A stretch of DNA of 64,000 nucleotides. Source: Octopus bimaculoides. Taxonomy: Eukaryota. The notes beneath the pieces are model-generated. The model saw only the letters and a program-made list of their open reading frames with translations. It was not told the origin of the DNA and made no database searches. The position numbers and the translations under genes were made by a program. Of this stretch, positions 49,930 to 62,757 are shown one piece after another (the stretch's first letter is position 1; every line of letters begins with the position of its first letter). The stretch covers positions 129,122,202 through 129,186,201 of the forward strand of contig NC_068981.1 of the NCBI RefSeq assembly GCF_001194135.2, written 5' to 3'.

Positions 49930-50620
49930 GTTAGAGCATCGGAAAAAATGCTTTGCAATATTTGTTCTGGTTCTTTACATTCTGAGTTCAAACCCTGCCG
50001 ACATCAACTTTGCCTTTCATCACTCCGGGATTAATAAAAGTATCAGTCAAGTACTGGGGATCTGGTTAACCTTCTCCCCTCAAAACTTCTGGCTTTGGCG
50101 AACTGGCAGAATCGTTAGTACGCTGGGCGTGGGGTCGATGTAATCGACTTAATCCCTTTGACTGTCCTTGTTTGTCCCCTCTATGTTTAGCCCCTTGTGG
50201 GCAGTAAAGAAATAAGAATTGTTAGCACGCCGGGCGAAATGCTTAGTGGTATTTCGTCTGTGTTTATGTCCTGAGTTCAAATTTCGCCGAGGTCAATTTT
50301 GCCTTTCGTCCTTTCAGGGTCGATAAAATAAGTACCAGTTAAGTACTGGGTTGATGTAATCGACGGCGAAAGCAAAGAATATGTACACTCGGTGTTTAGG
50401 GTTAGGGTTTTTTGTTATGCCGAAAACGGGTGGTGTACGTATTCACCGTATTCTTTACTTCCGCCGTAATCGACTATCCTGCTCCCCAAAATTTCAGGCC
50501 TTGTGCCTATAGTAGGAAGGATTATTATTATCCTTTTGAGGTTAATAAAATAAAGTACTAGTCAAGTACTGGAATCAATATAATCCAGAGACCCCCCCCC
50601 AAAAAAAAAAAATTCTCAGC
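49930..50620 (+). mobile_element. Cluster of tandem and nested SINE family C copies
   Basis: At least three ttctgagttcaaa...tttgcctttc...aataagtacc(a)gt-type blocks. A 5'-truncated copy (50130-50214) is flanked by 22-bp duplications (50108-50129 and 50215-50236). Confidence 0.8.
50365..50465. mobile_element. 101-bp MITE with a TTAGGG core and a 9-bp TSD (Merlin- or MULE-like)
   Basis: TSD gtaatcgac (50356-50364 and 50466-50474). TIR ggcgaaagcaaagaata / tattctttacttccgcc (15 of 17 match). Internal tttagggttagggtt. Confidence 0.8.
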
Positions 50621-51859
50621 CTAGTGCCTATGTATAAGAATTCATTCTTGTTGTGGTGATAGTGTGTGTGTGTAATGACTAGATTTCATGTAGTATTTAG
50701 TTTCTTCTGTGCATGTTCAGAGTTGAAATCCTGCCACAGTTCACTTTATCTTTTGTGTCTTGATTAAGTAAGATATATACCCAACCAAACGTACCCTGTA
50801 GCCTTTTGCCAAAGAAAGAAATATGTTTATTGTTGCATAGGCACAGGTTAACCCTGATGTAACAGACCTGCGATCAAAGACGTTCCTGCCATGACCTTCC
50901 TACCTCCTTTCTTTTCTTTTCAAACATACTCTATTATATCTAGGACTATATTATCTAGTATGAGATTTTTAAAGACAGTAGAATGTACTTTGATAAAAAA
51001 GATTTGTCTGCTGTTTCAAGCTTGCCAAGCAACTTCGTAGAGGTCCATTTGTTGGCGCAAGAAAAATATTGAAGTGTTATTGTTATGTAATTCGACTCAG
51101 TGGAGTAGCTTTACTTCAATCATGTGATTTAAGTATTTTGCCATGTGACAAAAGTATTTGAGGGGTAGGCGTGAATATTCCATTTCTTAAAAAAAAAAAA
51201 AACTGTGGCACTTGTGATTATATAAACATATTTTTGTCATCGTTATTTGTTGAAGTTGTTTCGTTTCATTACTTTTTATTTTCCTTCGAAAAGTTTCTAT
51301 TCTTCGACTGAAAAATTTCATCTTCTTTTTACTCCCTATGCCTACGTAAAAGAAATCGTCATTTTTATTTAGATACTTTTTCTACATTTTTGTGTGTGTT
51401 AGTACCCATGACCTTTGCAGACACTCCCAAAACCTGTGAAATTAGTAGAGTTGATACATATATATATGTGTGTGTATTCAATGTTTATATCATCAGTTTC
51501 TTAGTTTATATATTTGTTCTGTCCTATATTATAATGATGCTTTGTTTTAGTTGATTTTGTGACATGAAATGTTTATTTTGTGTCTATATTTCTAATATAA
51601 TATTGATCATAGTACTTTACACAAACATGATGCTTCACATTTACATGTGGATATATGTTATTGTGCTGTTTATGCATGACCTAATGGTGTTTTGCATTTT
51701 AAATGAAGACTTTCTGTCTGGGAATTATAGCTCGGCTACTGACCCAATTTAGCAAAATAGTAGGATTTCATTGAAATTAAAAACTAAGAGCTTGTAGTGA
51801 AAAAGACTGATAGAATGGTTGGTCTATTACTGGTATTTAGTCACCATTTTTGGAAAGTT

Positions 51860-53173
51860 ATGTGAACTTTTCAAGTTGGGCTGTACAGATCAGAAGGACT
51901 GTATGAACGTATCACGTCGGGGTCACCAATTGTAAGGGACGACCGTGCGAACTCAAAAAGGAGAAATGGTGACGAATGGAAAAACAGAGGACTCCTTTTA
52001 TTTAAACGTGTCACACGGTCGAACATACAAATATATATCAAAGATGATATACATGATATGTTATGCGACGATAACATAGATGACCAGTAATGAAAGACCA
52101 CAACCGTATTAGATGAATAACAGAGATATTTATTATAGCGTTAAAGATGTATGTCTGTGTGTGAGTGTGAATGCGACATATAAGAACATAATCAAAGACA
52201 GGCCGTCATACAAAGAAAAGTGTGTATGTGAGTGATACATGTGTGTATGAGTGTTTACAGCAGATAGAANNNNNNNNNNNNNNNNNNNNNNNNNNNNNNN
52301 NNNNNNNNNNNNNNNNNNNNNNNNNNNNNNNNNNNNNNNNNNNNNNNNNNNNNNNNNNNNNNNNNNNNNNNNNNNNNNNNNNNNNNNNNNNNNNNNNNNN
52401 NNNNNNNNNNNNNNNNNNNNNNNNNNNNNNNNNNNNNNNNNNNNNNNNNNNNNNNNNNNNNNNNNNNNNNNNNNNNNNNNNNNNNNNNNNNNNNNNNNNN
52501 NNNNNNNNNNNNNNNNNNNNNNNNNNNNNNNNNNNNNNNNNNNNNNNNNNNNNNNNNNNNNNNNNNNNNNNNNNNNNNNNNNNNNNNNNNNNNNNNNNNN
52601 NNNNNNNNNNNNNNNNNNNNNNNNNNNNNNNNNNNNNNNNNNNNNNNNNNNNNNNNNNNNNNNNNNNNNNNNNNNNNNNNNNNNNNNNNNNNNNNNNNNN
52701 NNNNNNNNNNNNNNNNNNNNNNNNNNNNNNNNNNNNNNNNNNNNNNNNNNNNNNNNNNNNNNNNNNNNNNNNNNNNNNNNNNNNNNNNNNNNNNNNNNNN
52801 NNNNNNNNNNNNNNNNNNNNNNNNNNNNNNNNNNNNNNNNNNNNNNNNNNNNNNGTACACGGAACAGTTCTCAAAGAGAAACTGGACCGAGACCAATTTG
52901 TGGGGTATGAGTTGATCTATATATAGCGTTAAGAGGGCTCCAAGACGGTGATAGAATTTTACTCTATCACGTGACCTTATTAGGGGCCGTGATTGGTCAG
53001 TTTGCGTTCTGGCGGGAAAGGTTCGAAGAGGTTGCCGATTCGAATAATAATCAGTCACGTGATGACAAGGAATGGGTTCTCTACTACGCTCGCATTTATT
53101 TATATTTAAATGAGAAGATTGTATGTAATGGCGATAGTAGTTTTGTATCTAATGGCGATAGGTAGTTTCACTA
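51860..53173 (-). mobile_element. Candidate solo LTR or promoter-like insertion spanning the assembly gap
   Basis: CpG-rich relative to the flanks and bounded by tgt...aca. In minus-strand order: E-box, CCAAT, E-box, TATA-like tatatatag (about 52920), gap, AATAAA (about 52130). No clean TSD. Confidence 0.35.
52270..52854. other. Assembly gap (585 N)
   Basis: Run of N. The long ORFs spanning it are artefacts. Confidence 0.98.
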
Positions 53174-53651
53174 CAAGCTCATAAACTTGAGGTTTTTCAG
53201 ACATTGCTTTTGCTAATAAAATATTGTAGGATGATAATGATAATCATTTTTTGATTTCCTTTGAACTGGCTGTATTGATAGAACAGAGGATAAAATGCCT
53301 TGTTCTTTTACATCCTGAGTTCAAATCTTGTTGGGGTCTACTTTTTAGAGATCAATAGTTAAACACATACTAGTGGTTGAGGTAATCAATTTTCCCACTT
53401 CTTGTGTGCAGCTTTGTTCTTACTGGCCAGCTTTGTAAGTCTCAGGACTGATAACCAGTTGAGTTGCTTAGGACTAGGTTTGGTTCACACATTTAGGTAG
53501 ATAGAAACTGTGACAAGATAACAGGTTGGCTAGCTAACCTGACCAAGAAATAGCTGAGAGAAAATATACTGTCCCTGGAAATATAGGCAGTAGTGGCAGA
53601 TACTTACATTGTCTCTATTGTATATTACCAGTTTTAGCTGATGAGTTTATT

Positions 53652-54212
53652 CTTTTACTTGTTTCAGTCATTTAACTGTGGCAATGCTGGAGCACCACCT
53701 TGAAGGATTTTAGTTGAACAAATCGACTCCAGGACTTATTTTTTAAGCTTAGCACTTATTCCATTAGTCTCTTTTGCTGAATCGCTAAGTTACGGGGACG
53801 TAAACACACCAACACTGGTTGTGAAGCAGTGATGAGGGGACAAACACAGATACAAAGACATACACACACACATATAGTTCAAATTTACAGAAGACAAAAG
53901 ATTAAGACAGGTGTAGAAACAACAAGTAGGTGTATTCATTTAACGCTTGGGAAGAATGGAAATGTCTTTTACATTTTGAGCCTATTCTTTTTGACAGAAA
54001 AGATTAAGAGAAAAAGTCTGAGAGAGTAAAATGTGTAGCGATTAAACTATTCAGCATGATGAAATGGCCACAATGGGCTTCTTTCAGTTTCTGTTTGGTC
54101 AGGCTGAGGCTATAGTAGAAGAGATTTGCCCAAGGTGCCCTGCCGTGGGACTGAGCCCAGAACCATGTAGTTGGGAAGCAAGCTTCTTACCACACAGCCA
54201 TACCTGTGTATG
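53652..54212 (-). mobile_element. SINE family B interrupted at its microsatellite by a ~190-bp insert (about 53880-54072)
   Basis: The SINE 3' half (53652-53875) and 5' half (54073-54212) are separated by unrelated sequence resembling a Penelope-like LTR fragment. Confidence 0.75.
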
Positions 54213-54972
54213 CCAGCTTGAAAAAAATATGGGATAGTCATGGGAGGAACACTCTTGCTCATGAATCAAGGCTAATCTAGAGTCTAGAGTTAACAATGGC
54301 CCTTTGTCTTTACACCTTTTCATTCCAAAAGGGATTTGGGGTTTACATGCATAGCTCTTCCTCTTTCGATCAACAAATCAACATAATAAATCTTTTTAGT
54401 TTTGAGACTGTCAACATTGTTCCACAAATAGGCATCATAATAGAAAAATATTAAAAAACAATAAAAGCTTTATAAGAGATCGTCTCAATCTAATGTGCTC
54501 TGTAAATATTTGGTATTAAATTGTTTTATTCTCAAAAAACCAGCTCCTTAAATATTCCATTTATCTTTCTTATATTGTAAAGATTAAAGCTTGAAATTTT
54601 CTCAAGAGTCCAAGATCAATGAAATAAAAAGAAAAAAAAACAATTCTCTTCATTAGATAAGACAATGTATCTCATTTATACAGCCTGTATCTTATAACAA
54701 TAAACAAATGTTTATTATTTTAGTATATTTTCATCATTATAATTTAGAGAGTAGCAGGTGCTTCAGTAGTAAATTCTCAGCAAACCTAATGTTTACAAGC
54801 TACTGTTGAAGTTTGCTCAGTTCAAACAGTTTCAGTTTCTTTAGGTCGCTAACCTTTGCAAAAAATATTAAATATTATATCTTCCCATTATCTCCTGTCT
54901 ATATAATTGTGCTTTCATGCCTGTAAAAGAATTTATATATTATATAAATTCTTACACAATTTATCTTATATA

Positions 54973-55733
54973 TCATCATCATCGTCATCATCATCGTTTA
55001 ACGTCCGCTTTCCATGCTAGCATGGGTTGGACGATTTGACTGAGGACTGGTGAAACCGGATGGCAACACCAGGCTTCAATCTAAATTTGGCAGAGTTTCT
55101 AAAGCTGGATGCCCTTCCTAACGCCAACCACTCAAAGAGTGTAGTAGGTGCTTTTACGTGTCACCTGCACGAAGGCCAGTCAGGAGATACTGGCAACGGC
55201 CACGCTCGAAATGGTGTCTTTTATGTGCCACCCGCACAAGAGCCAGTCCAGGGGCACTGGCAACGATCTTACTTGGCTTGCCGGGTCTTCTCACGCACAG
55301 CACATTTCCAAAGGTCTCAGTCAGTAGTCATCACCTCGGTGAGGCCCAANNNNNNNNNNGGGGCACTGGCAACGATCTCGCTCGAAAATCCTACGGTAGC
55401 CAGTCAGGCAGTATTGGCAACGGCCACGCTCAAAATGGTGCATCTTATGTGCCACCCGCACAAGAGCCAGTCCAGGGGCACTGGCAACGATCTTACTTGG
55501 CTTGCCGGGTCTTCTCACGCACAGCACATTTCCAAAGGTCTCAGTCAGTAGTCATCACCTCGGTGAGGCCCAATGTACGAAGGTCTTGCCTCACCACCTC
55601 AGCCCAGGTCTTCCTGGGCCTACCTCTTCCACGGATTCCCTCAACTGTTAGGGTGTGGCACTTTTTCAGGCAGCTATCCTCATCCATTCTCACCACATGT
55701 CCATACCAGCGCAATCGTCTCTCTTGCACACCA
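54973..55733 (-). mobile_element. 5'-truncated RTE LINE; contains a 10-N gap (55350-55359) with duplicated flanks
   Basis: VQERRLRWYGHVVRMDEDSCLKKC...RGRGRPRKTWAEVV, family 3' UTR and (cat)n tail. Confidence 0.9.
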
Positions 55734-56205
55734 TAAATAATATATAAACATATGCATATATTCATACATATATGTACATATTTACATCTATATGTATACA
55801 TACATGCATATATAGGCACAGGACAAAAAAAACAAAAAAACGTTAAACACAATGAGAAACGAAAACAGAAAGTGAACTTTTTTCGAACAACGAAAAAGCA
55901 AACAGAGAAACAAGACATGCAACATAAAGAGTATAACCCTTTGCCAGTTGTCCCTGTTCCATCTACTCCACATTTTGAAGGCAAGGACAATACGCGACTT
56001 CGTTGGAACAGTCCTTCCTGGAAAGCAAATTAAATAAAATTTGGAATTTTTTGCAGAGGGTGTATTCTTGCATAAGAAATTGCTTTATAAACTCGTACAT
56101 AGAAATCCATGGAAATCAGACATTAAATAACGGTGGCGGTGGCGGCGCTACTGCTGGAGAAGGAGGAGGAGCTGTATGATTTAGAACAGTATATGCAGAA
56201 TAAGT

Positions 56206-56581
56206 TGTTGTTGGCACTCCGTCACTTACGACGTCAAGGGTTCCAGTTGATCCAATCAACAGAACAGCCTGCTCGTGAAATTAACATGCAAGTGGCTGAG
56301 CACTCCACAGACACGTGTACCCTTAACGTAGTTCTTGGGGATATTCAGTGTGACAAGGCTAACCCTTTGAATTACAGGCACAACAGAAACAGGAAGTAAG
56401 AGTGAGAGAAAGTTGTGGTGAAAGAGTACAACAGGGTTCGCCACCATCCCCTGCTGGAGCCTCGTGGAGTTTTAGGTGTTTTCGCTCAATAAACACTCAC
56501 AACATCCGGTCTGGGAATCGAGACCGCGATCCTATGACCGCGAGTCCGCTGCCCTAACCACTGGGCCATTGCGCCTCCACA
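56206..56581 (-). mobile_element. Full-length SINE family A
   Basis: Reverse complement of 9996-10373, with a 10-bp TSD cagaataagt (56196-56205 and 56582-56591). Confidence 0.9.
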
Positions 56582-56950
56582 CAGAATAAGTAGATAGTGA
56601 TGATTTGATTAAATATTTTTGGGTCAGTTTTACCTTACATTTCTTAGAATAATATAAGTGTCAGTAATATACTGAATTTTAAAAAAAATTAATTATACTT
56701 CCTACTCTACAACATTATCTCTTTGTGCTAAATCCAAATTAGTTGTTATTATAATCATTATTGAAACTGTTTAATTTTATTTATGTCACAAATGTTCTTG
56801 AAAAGTATTAATTAATGTCATGCATTTATTCTCCCACAAAGCTCAAGCTTTATGCTTATAGAAGCAATTATTATCTTGTTTTTGATATGTTATTTTTCAG
56901 TTCCTGTTACTGTTCATTTAATTGAACATGACTATCCCATGATATAATGG

Positions 56951-57210
56951 TTTCAAAAATTTGGCACAAGGCTAGCAATTGTAAGGGAGGGAGTGAATTG
57001 ATCACATCAACCTCCAGTGATCAACTAGTACTTATTTTATTGACCCTCAAAAGGATGAAAGGCAAAGTTGCTCTTGACAAAATTTGAACTCAGCACACAA
57101 AGCCAGAAGAAATGCTGCTAAACATTTTGTCCTGGGCAGAATCAATTCTACCTGCTTGCTGCCTTGTTTTATGTTACAAATTGTTGTCCTTGTGGCAAAA
57201 TTTGAAACCA

Positions 57211-57246
<36 letters not shown>

Positions 57247-57470
57247 GTCAAGGCAGTTAGCTGGCAGAATTGTTAGTTTGCCAGACAAAATGTTTTGCAG
57301 CATTTTCATCTGTCTTTACGTTCTAAGTTCAAATGCTGCCAAGGTTGACTTTACCTGTCATCTTTTTAGGGTCAATAAAACAAGAACCAGTTGAACACTG
57401 GGGGCAATGTTGTCAGCTAGCACCTCCTTCCAAAATTTCAGACCTTGTGCTTATAGGAGAAAAGATTCTT
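56951..57470. mobile_element. Head-to-head pair of SINE family C copies (56951-57166 minus; 57249-57470 plus) around (TTA)n
   Basis: Both contain the tttcatc.tttt.ggggtcaataaaa core, in opposite orientations. Confidence 0.75.
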
Positions 57471-59655
57471 ATTATTAATTAACAAATTGACTAGTTGGTC
57501 AACATTTAACCAATTAACTAATCAATTGTTTTATTAATCATTCAGTCAATCAATCAGTCAGCTAGTTTTGTCAAAGTCCTTTCATTGCCATTCATAACCT
57601 CATCCATAACATCAATGATATGCTCTAAGTTCACATCAAAACACAAAAACGAAATATTAAAAGAAATATTTTTATTCTTTTAAAGTCTTCTCACTTTTCA
57701 TTTTCCACTCATTTCAAATACTTCTAAAATTTCAGCTTATTTCATAGTTCTTTCATTTCTGCACAGGCATTTTCACGTTTGTCACTGTTGCTGCTGACTC
57801 TTTAAGATTCAGTATGCAATTGATTTCCAGTTTTCTGTATTGATCATTTGAGCAAAATTCACTTCAGAATAAACTGCAATGATTTTGATTGATGCTCTGA
57901 ACCAGCTTTTCTTCCTCTCAGCATAGCTATTATTTAATGGAGATTCTCAGTTCTTGAATGTTACCAGTTCTAATGTTTTTAAGAACATGAATTATTTTTG
58001 CATCAAATCATTTGTCCTTTCATTATTTTTCCATCAAAATATGGAGCTTCTGACATTCATTGTTTAAGTTAAAATAAAGATTCAGAATATGAACTCATGG
58101 CTAGTCTACTGGCATCAATTCAACTAACAGCTTTTAGAGGAACGTTAGAATTGATTATTTCTGATGGAAGAATGTAATAGGAAAGAAGCTGTTAAGCTAG
58201 GCTATACCTACTTGACATTTTTTGTATGATAATTGATTGAGAAAGGTGGTGGTGGTGGGGGGGGGGGCTCTTGATATTTATTTTAAAAATTAATATATAT
58301 TTCTAAAATATTTTTTTACCATTACAGTCTGCTTTTTGCTTATTTGCTGATATTCTTTTATTTGTAACTACTATTTTGTTTCAATGATTTCAAACAATCA
58401 GTGTACTTAGTGATTTAGTAAAACTTATCACTAATGCTCTAAATTCTCTCAAGAGTTGATGAACCATAATTTGGTGTTGAAGTATTTTGAAATTTAAATG
58501 CTTATTCTTCTGCAACAAGATGAAATTTTAGTTTGTGTAAGATATATTTATTAGACTATGTTCATATTTTTCTCAATATTGGTCAACAGTGTTTTAAAGG
58601 TAACTGTTATTATTGTTTAACCCCAGGTCTGCTCAATCAGAGCTATCCACCCCATTTTTTTTTCACACATAATGTACCTAAGACTACAACATCCTATGGA
58701 TCCTTGTTTTTAAGCTGGCAATGTGTGATTTGTTGGAGATGTGGATGCTATTTCTAGCAGGTTGAATGACAATATGGAAGCTTTCTAGGCCCAGTTAAAA
58801 AAAGAAATGCTGTGTCATCAGCATAGTAGTAGTTTGGGTTACTGACAGAAGGAAGTTTATTATTGAAATATAACAGGGAAAAGAATCTTCCTTTTAGTCA
58901 TTGAAACCTTGTTGAAGATCGTTAAATGTAGTGATTTGAATTAAACAAAAACAAAACTAAATTGTTTAGTTTGTGTAAATAATTTTTGGGGGACAAAGAC
59001 TATGTTCATATTTTCTTTATGTTGGTTGACAGTATTTTAAGGCCTAATTGTTATTGTTTTTATGTATTTGAAGAAGAAAGGGCCATAAATTTGTAGTTTT
59101 GCTGGGAGTACAATAAATAATTAAGTTTAAGTAGAGCGTCAGAGGAATTTGAGACAACATCACCATTTAACATCTGTTTTCTATGCTGGGATGGGTTGGA
59201 TAGTTTGACAGGAGCTGGCAAGCTCTAAAATCTGCTTTGGCATATTTTATAGCTGGATGCCCTTCCTGTCCATAAACAATATCAGTAAAACTTTACCAGA
59301 TAATTCTGATGAATCAAATAATATAATTTCTCTGCTAGCAGTTCTAGTAAATCCTTCTATGCCTGTTGAGTCGGGTTTCTTTTTTTATGGAGTAATGCAA
59401 AAAACAACTAGTGGTACTAATAATTCATTTGTTCATTTGTATGTTGACATGACTTAGACGAAAACTTATTTGAGGCAGTATTTTATAGCTGGATTTCCTT
59501 CCTGATGTCAGCCCTTACCTGTTTTTCAAGTGAGGGATTTTCATATTGAACTTGTCTTCACAAAATGCAAAGCTATGAGATGTTTCTTGGAGACATGAAT
59601 ATGACTTTTTTTTAGTTTGGTTGAAACTACAGAAAATTAAATACTATCTCCCCTT

Positions 59656-59690
<35 letters not shown>

Positions 59691-60506
59691 GTGATATGTA
59701 CATATTTTTAACATGTTCCTGCACACTAGAATGTGAATAGAATTTGCTGCAAGATTTTATCTTGGAGAACAAATTTCTCTAACTTTGTGTTATAAAAACA
59801 TGTGATATTAGTGAACTACTGGACCTAGTGATTTGGTGTCATTTTGCCTCCTTAGTGATAGAAACTGCCTTGGTCATTTGCAGCTAGCCAGGGACTTCTA
59901 GTTTGTATATAGAGAACAGCAAACAAAATATTTGCTGATGTGTTCTGATATCTACTAAACTAGAAATAATTTAGTATAAACAAAGAAAACAGCAAAAAAA
60001 AAAACCAACATAATGATGTGTACATTTATTTTTGACACATTCTTGCACTTGGGGACATGAAAGGTGTCTTCTACCACATTTTGTCTCTATAGACTTCTCC
60101 ATTGAAATTTCTTCCTATGGACTTCATCAAATGTGTATGTGTGTGATATACATAATTAAAATAGTATTTGTCCTGAGATAACATTTCTCATGTATGTATG
60201 TACGTATGTTATGTACAATACTTGACCTTGCCTAGATTTGTTAATACCTTAAATAAACACAACCAGATAAATTAACTATAGTTTGGATAAATTACTTTAA
60301 GAAAGATGCTAACAGTGTTCAGCTGGTCTAAAAACGTTGATTTATTCAAAATTGTTGTTTTTAAGCAATTCAGAAAGATGATAGAAGCTAAATTTCATTT
60401 TTTTAAATGTACAGAAACATGCATAAACAAAAATAGAACGAACATGTTGCATAGTTTATTGCCTTTGTCAGGTATAAAAACTAAAGCTTATAACTTGATA
60501 CATACA

Positions 60507-60580
<74 letters not shown>

Positions 60581-60584
60581 GCAT

Positions 60585-61196
60585 GCTTTACCAATTCTTG
60601 TCACAAGGCTTTGATCAGTCTGAGGCTATATTAGAAGTCACTTGCTTAAAGTACCATGCAATGGGATAGAACTTGAAACCGATTATAAAGTAAACTCTGT
60701 AACCACTTAGCAATGACTGTTCCTCTACGATGCAAAATTAATATTGATGATGTAATTGTATCAATGACAGAGAAACAGCAGATTTTAATTTGGCATGACT
60801 TGTGACTGTGTGTGGTAAGAAGTTTGCTTCCAAACCACATGACTCTGGGTTCAGTCGAACTGTGTGGCACTTTGAGTATGTCTTCTACTATAGACCTGGG
60901 CCATCTAAATCTTTGTGAGCAGATTTGGTAGTTAGAAACTGAACGAAGTTCATCATGTGTGTGTGTGTGTGAATGTATTTGTTCCTTCTGCTTGACAACT
61001 GGTGTTGGTTTGTTTATATCCCTCTGTTATAGCAGTTCAGCAAAAAGAGATTAAATAAATAGAGTAAGTGCCAGGCTTAAAAAAATAACAAGTCCTTGGA
61101 TCAATTTAGGCTTAAAAAAATAACAAGTCCTTGGATCAATTTGTTCAAGGTGGTGCCCCAGCATGGCTGCAGTTCAACGACTGAAACAAGTAAAAG
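60585..61196. mobile_element. Head-to-head SINE family B copies (60585-60720 minus; 60802-61196 plus)
   Basis: Family B motifs in opposite orientations. A 35-bp tandem duplication lies in the plus copy at about 61072-61141. Confidence 0.75.
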
Positions 61197-61714
61197 TCTA
61201 TTAGGTATTTTACCTTCCATGATCTTTAAATGCATAATAAGATTGGCTACAACAGAACGTTGATGTCTCCTTGAATGTTTACTAATGAAGAACGATGCCA
61301 GATTCAATGGCCACTATTGAACAACGGTATCTCTTTGAATGACTTCTAATGAATAAAAATGTCTCCTTGACTGTCTGAAATACATAATTTTCTTTTACCC
61401 AATCTTAACAATTTTTTTCTTCTTATCTTGGTAGCAGTAGGATGTTTTATCTGAACCATTGTTCACAATACTTTTTAGACTTCAACAATTAAAGTGAAAT
61501 CTTGTATTGTTTGATTTTTTTTTTTAAAAACAACAACAATTAACATTTATATAATTTTTACAATTGCTTATCAAACCCTACACACAAACACAATATCTAA
61601 AGATAATATGTAAGATAGAAATTTCAAGGAAACAAGCAAAACACTGTTATACACCATGCAAAAGTCAAATAGCAGATATTCTAATTCTTCTTAAGAACTA
61701 CAAAAACAAAATGT

Positions 61715-61746
<32 letters not shown>

Positions 61747-62101
61747 GGCGCTGTGTGGCTATGTGGTAAGAAGCTTGCTTCCCAATCACATGGTTTCCAG
61801 CTCAGTCCCACAGCATGACACCCTGGGCATATGTCTTCTATAGTGGATTTGGTTGAAGAAACTGAAAGAAGCCTGTCGTGTGTGTGTGTGTGTATTTGTG
61901 TGTGCGTGTCTGTGTTTGTCCCCTCACATTGCTTGACAACCGATGTTGGTGTGTTTATGACCCCGTAACTTAGCAGTTTAGCAGAAGGGGCCGATAGAAT
62001 AAGTACTAGGCTTACAAAGAATAAGTCCTGGGGTCAATTTGTGCGACTAAAAGACAGTGCTCCAGCATGGCCACAGGCAAATGATTGAAACAAGTAAAAG
62101 A
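61747..62101 (+). mobile_element. SINE family B
   Basis: ggcgctgtgtggctatgtggtaagaagcttgcttcccaatc...gattgaaacaagtaaaaga. Confidence 0.85.
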
Positions 62102-62757
62102 ATATATATATATATATATATATATTCTAACCTTACAGGTAAAATTCAGTAAAAATCAAATAAAGTATAAATTGAACAATAAAAATTAATGCAATAACAT
62201 AATGTATAAAAGTAAGTACTTGTACATCGACTACGCGCGTTTCATGGCTGAATTAGGACTATATAAAATCATATAAGAAAACCATATCCAAGTTCATTAG
62301 AACGGAAAAATGATTTTACTCCCAAAAGCAGTCACTCCTCAGGTCAAATTCCTAAAAAAACCTAAAACCTAAAAGTTTAACTTACCTCATAATATGATAA
62401 GGAATAAAAAATATATATAAAGAAACAAAACCTGTAATGTAATCCCTATGTTAAAGACATTAATATTATTATTAAAATTTATGAGTTAAAAATACTCAAA
62501 TAAAGTATTATTGTGAACAAGATTAATTCATTATGGAAAAATTTGACCTTCAATTTTTTTTTTATGGCTATGAATTCTCTGGGGACCACATTGGGAATCA
62601 CTGATATAGACGAGATGACTATAATTGAAATAGTTTGAATAATTCTTTTACCCTGTTTTCTTGCATTTGTAAATCTACTTGAAAAGTATTGACTTGCAAT
62701 ATGCATATCATCTTTATCTAAGATCTTTGCTTTCTTAAATTTTTTATTTGTTTCTCT

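Noticed and set aside
52206-53058. The longest ORFs in the track (219-267 aa)
   Set aside because: They consist almost entirely of X from the 585-N gap.
55250-55573. Apparent ~100-bp duplication in the RTE 3' UTR
   Set aside because: It flanks a 10-N gap and is probably an assembly artefact, although this UTR does have natural internal repeats.
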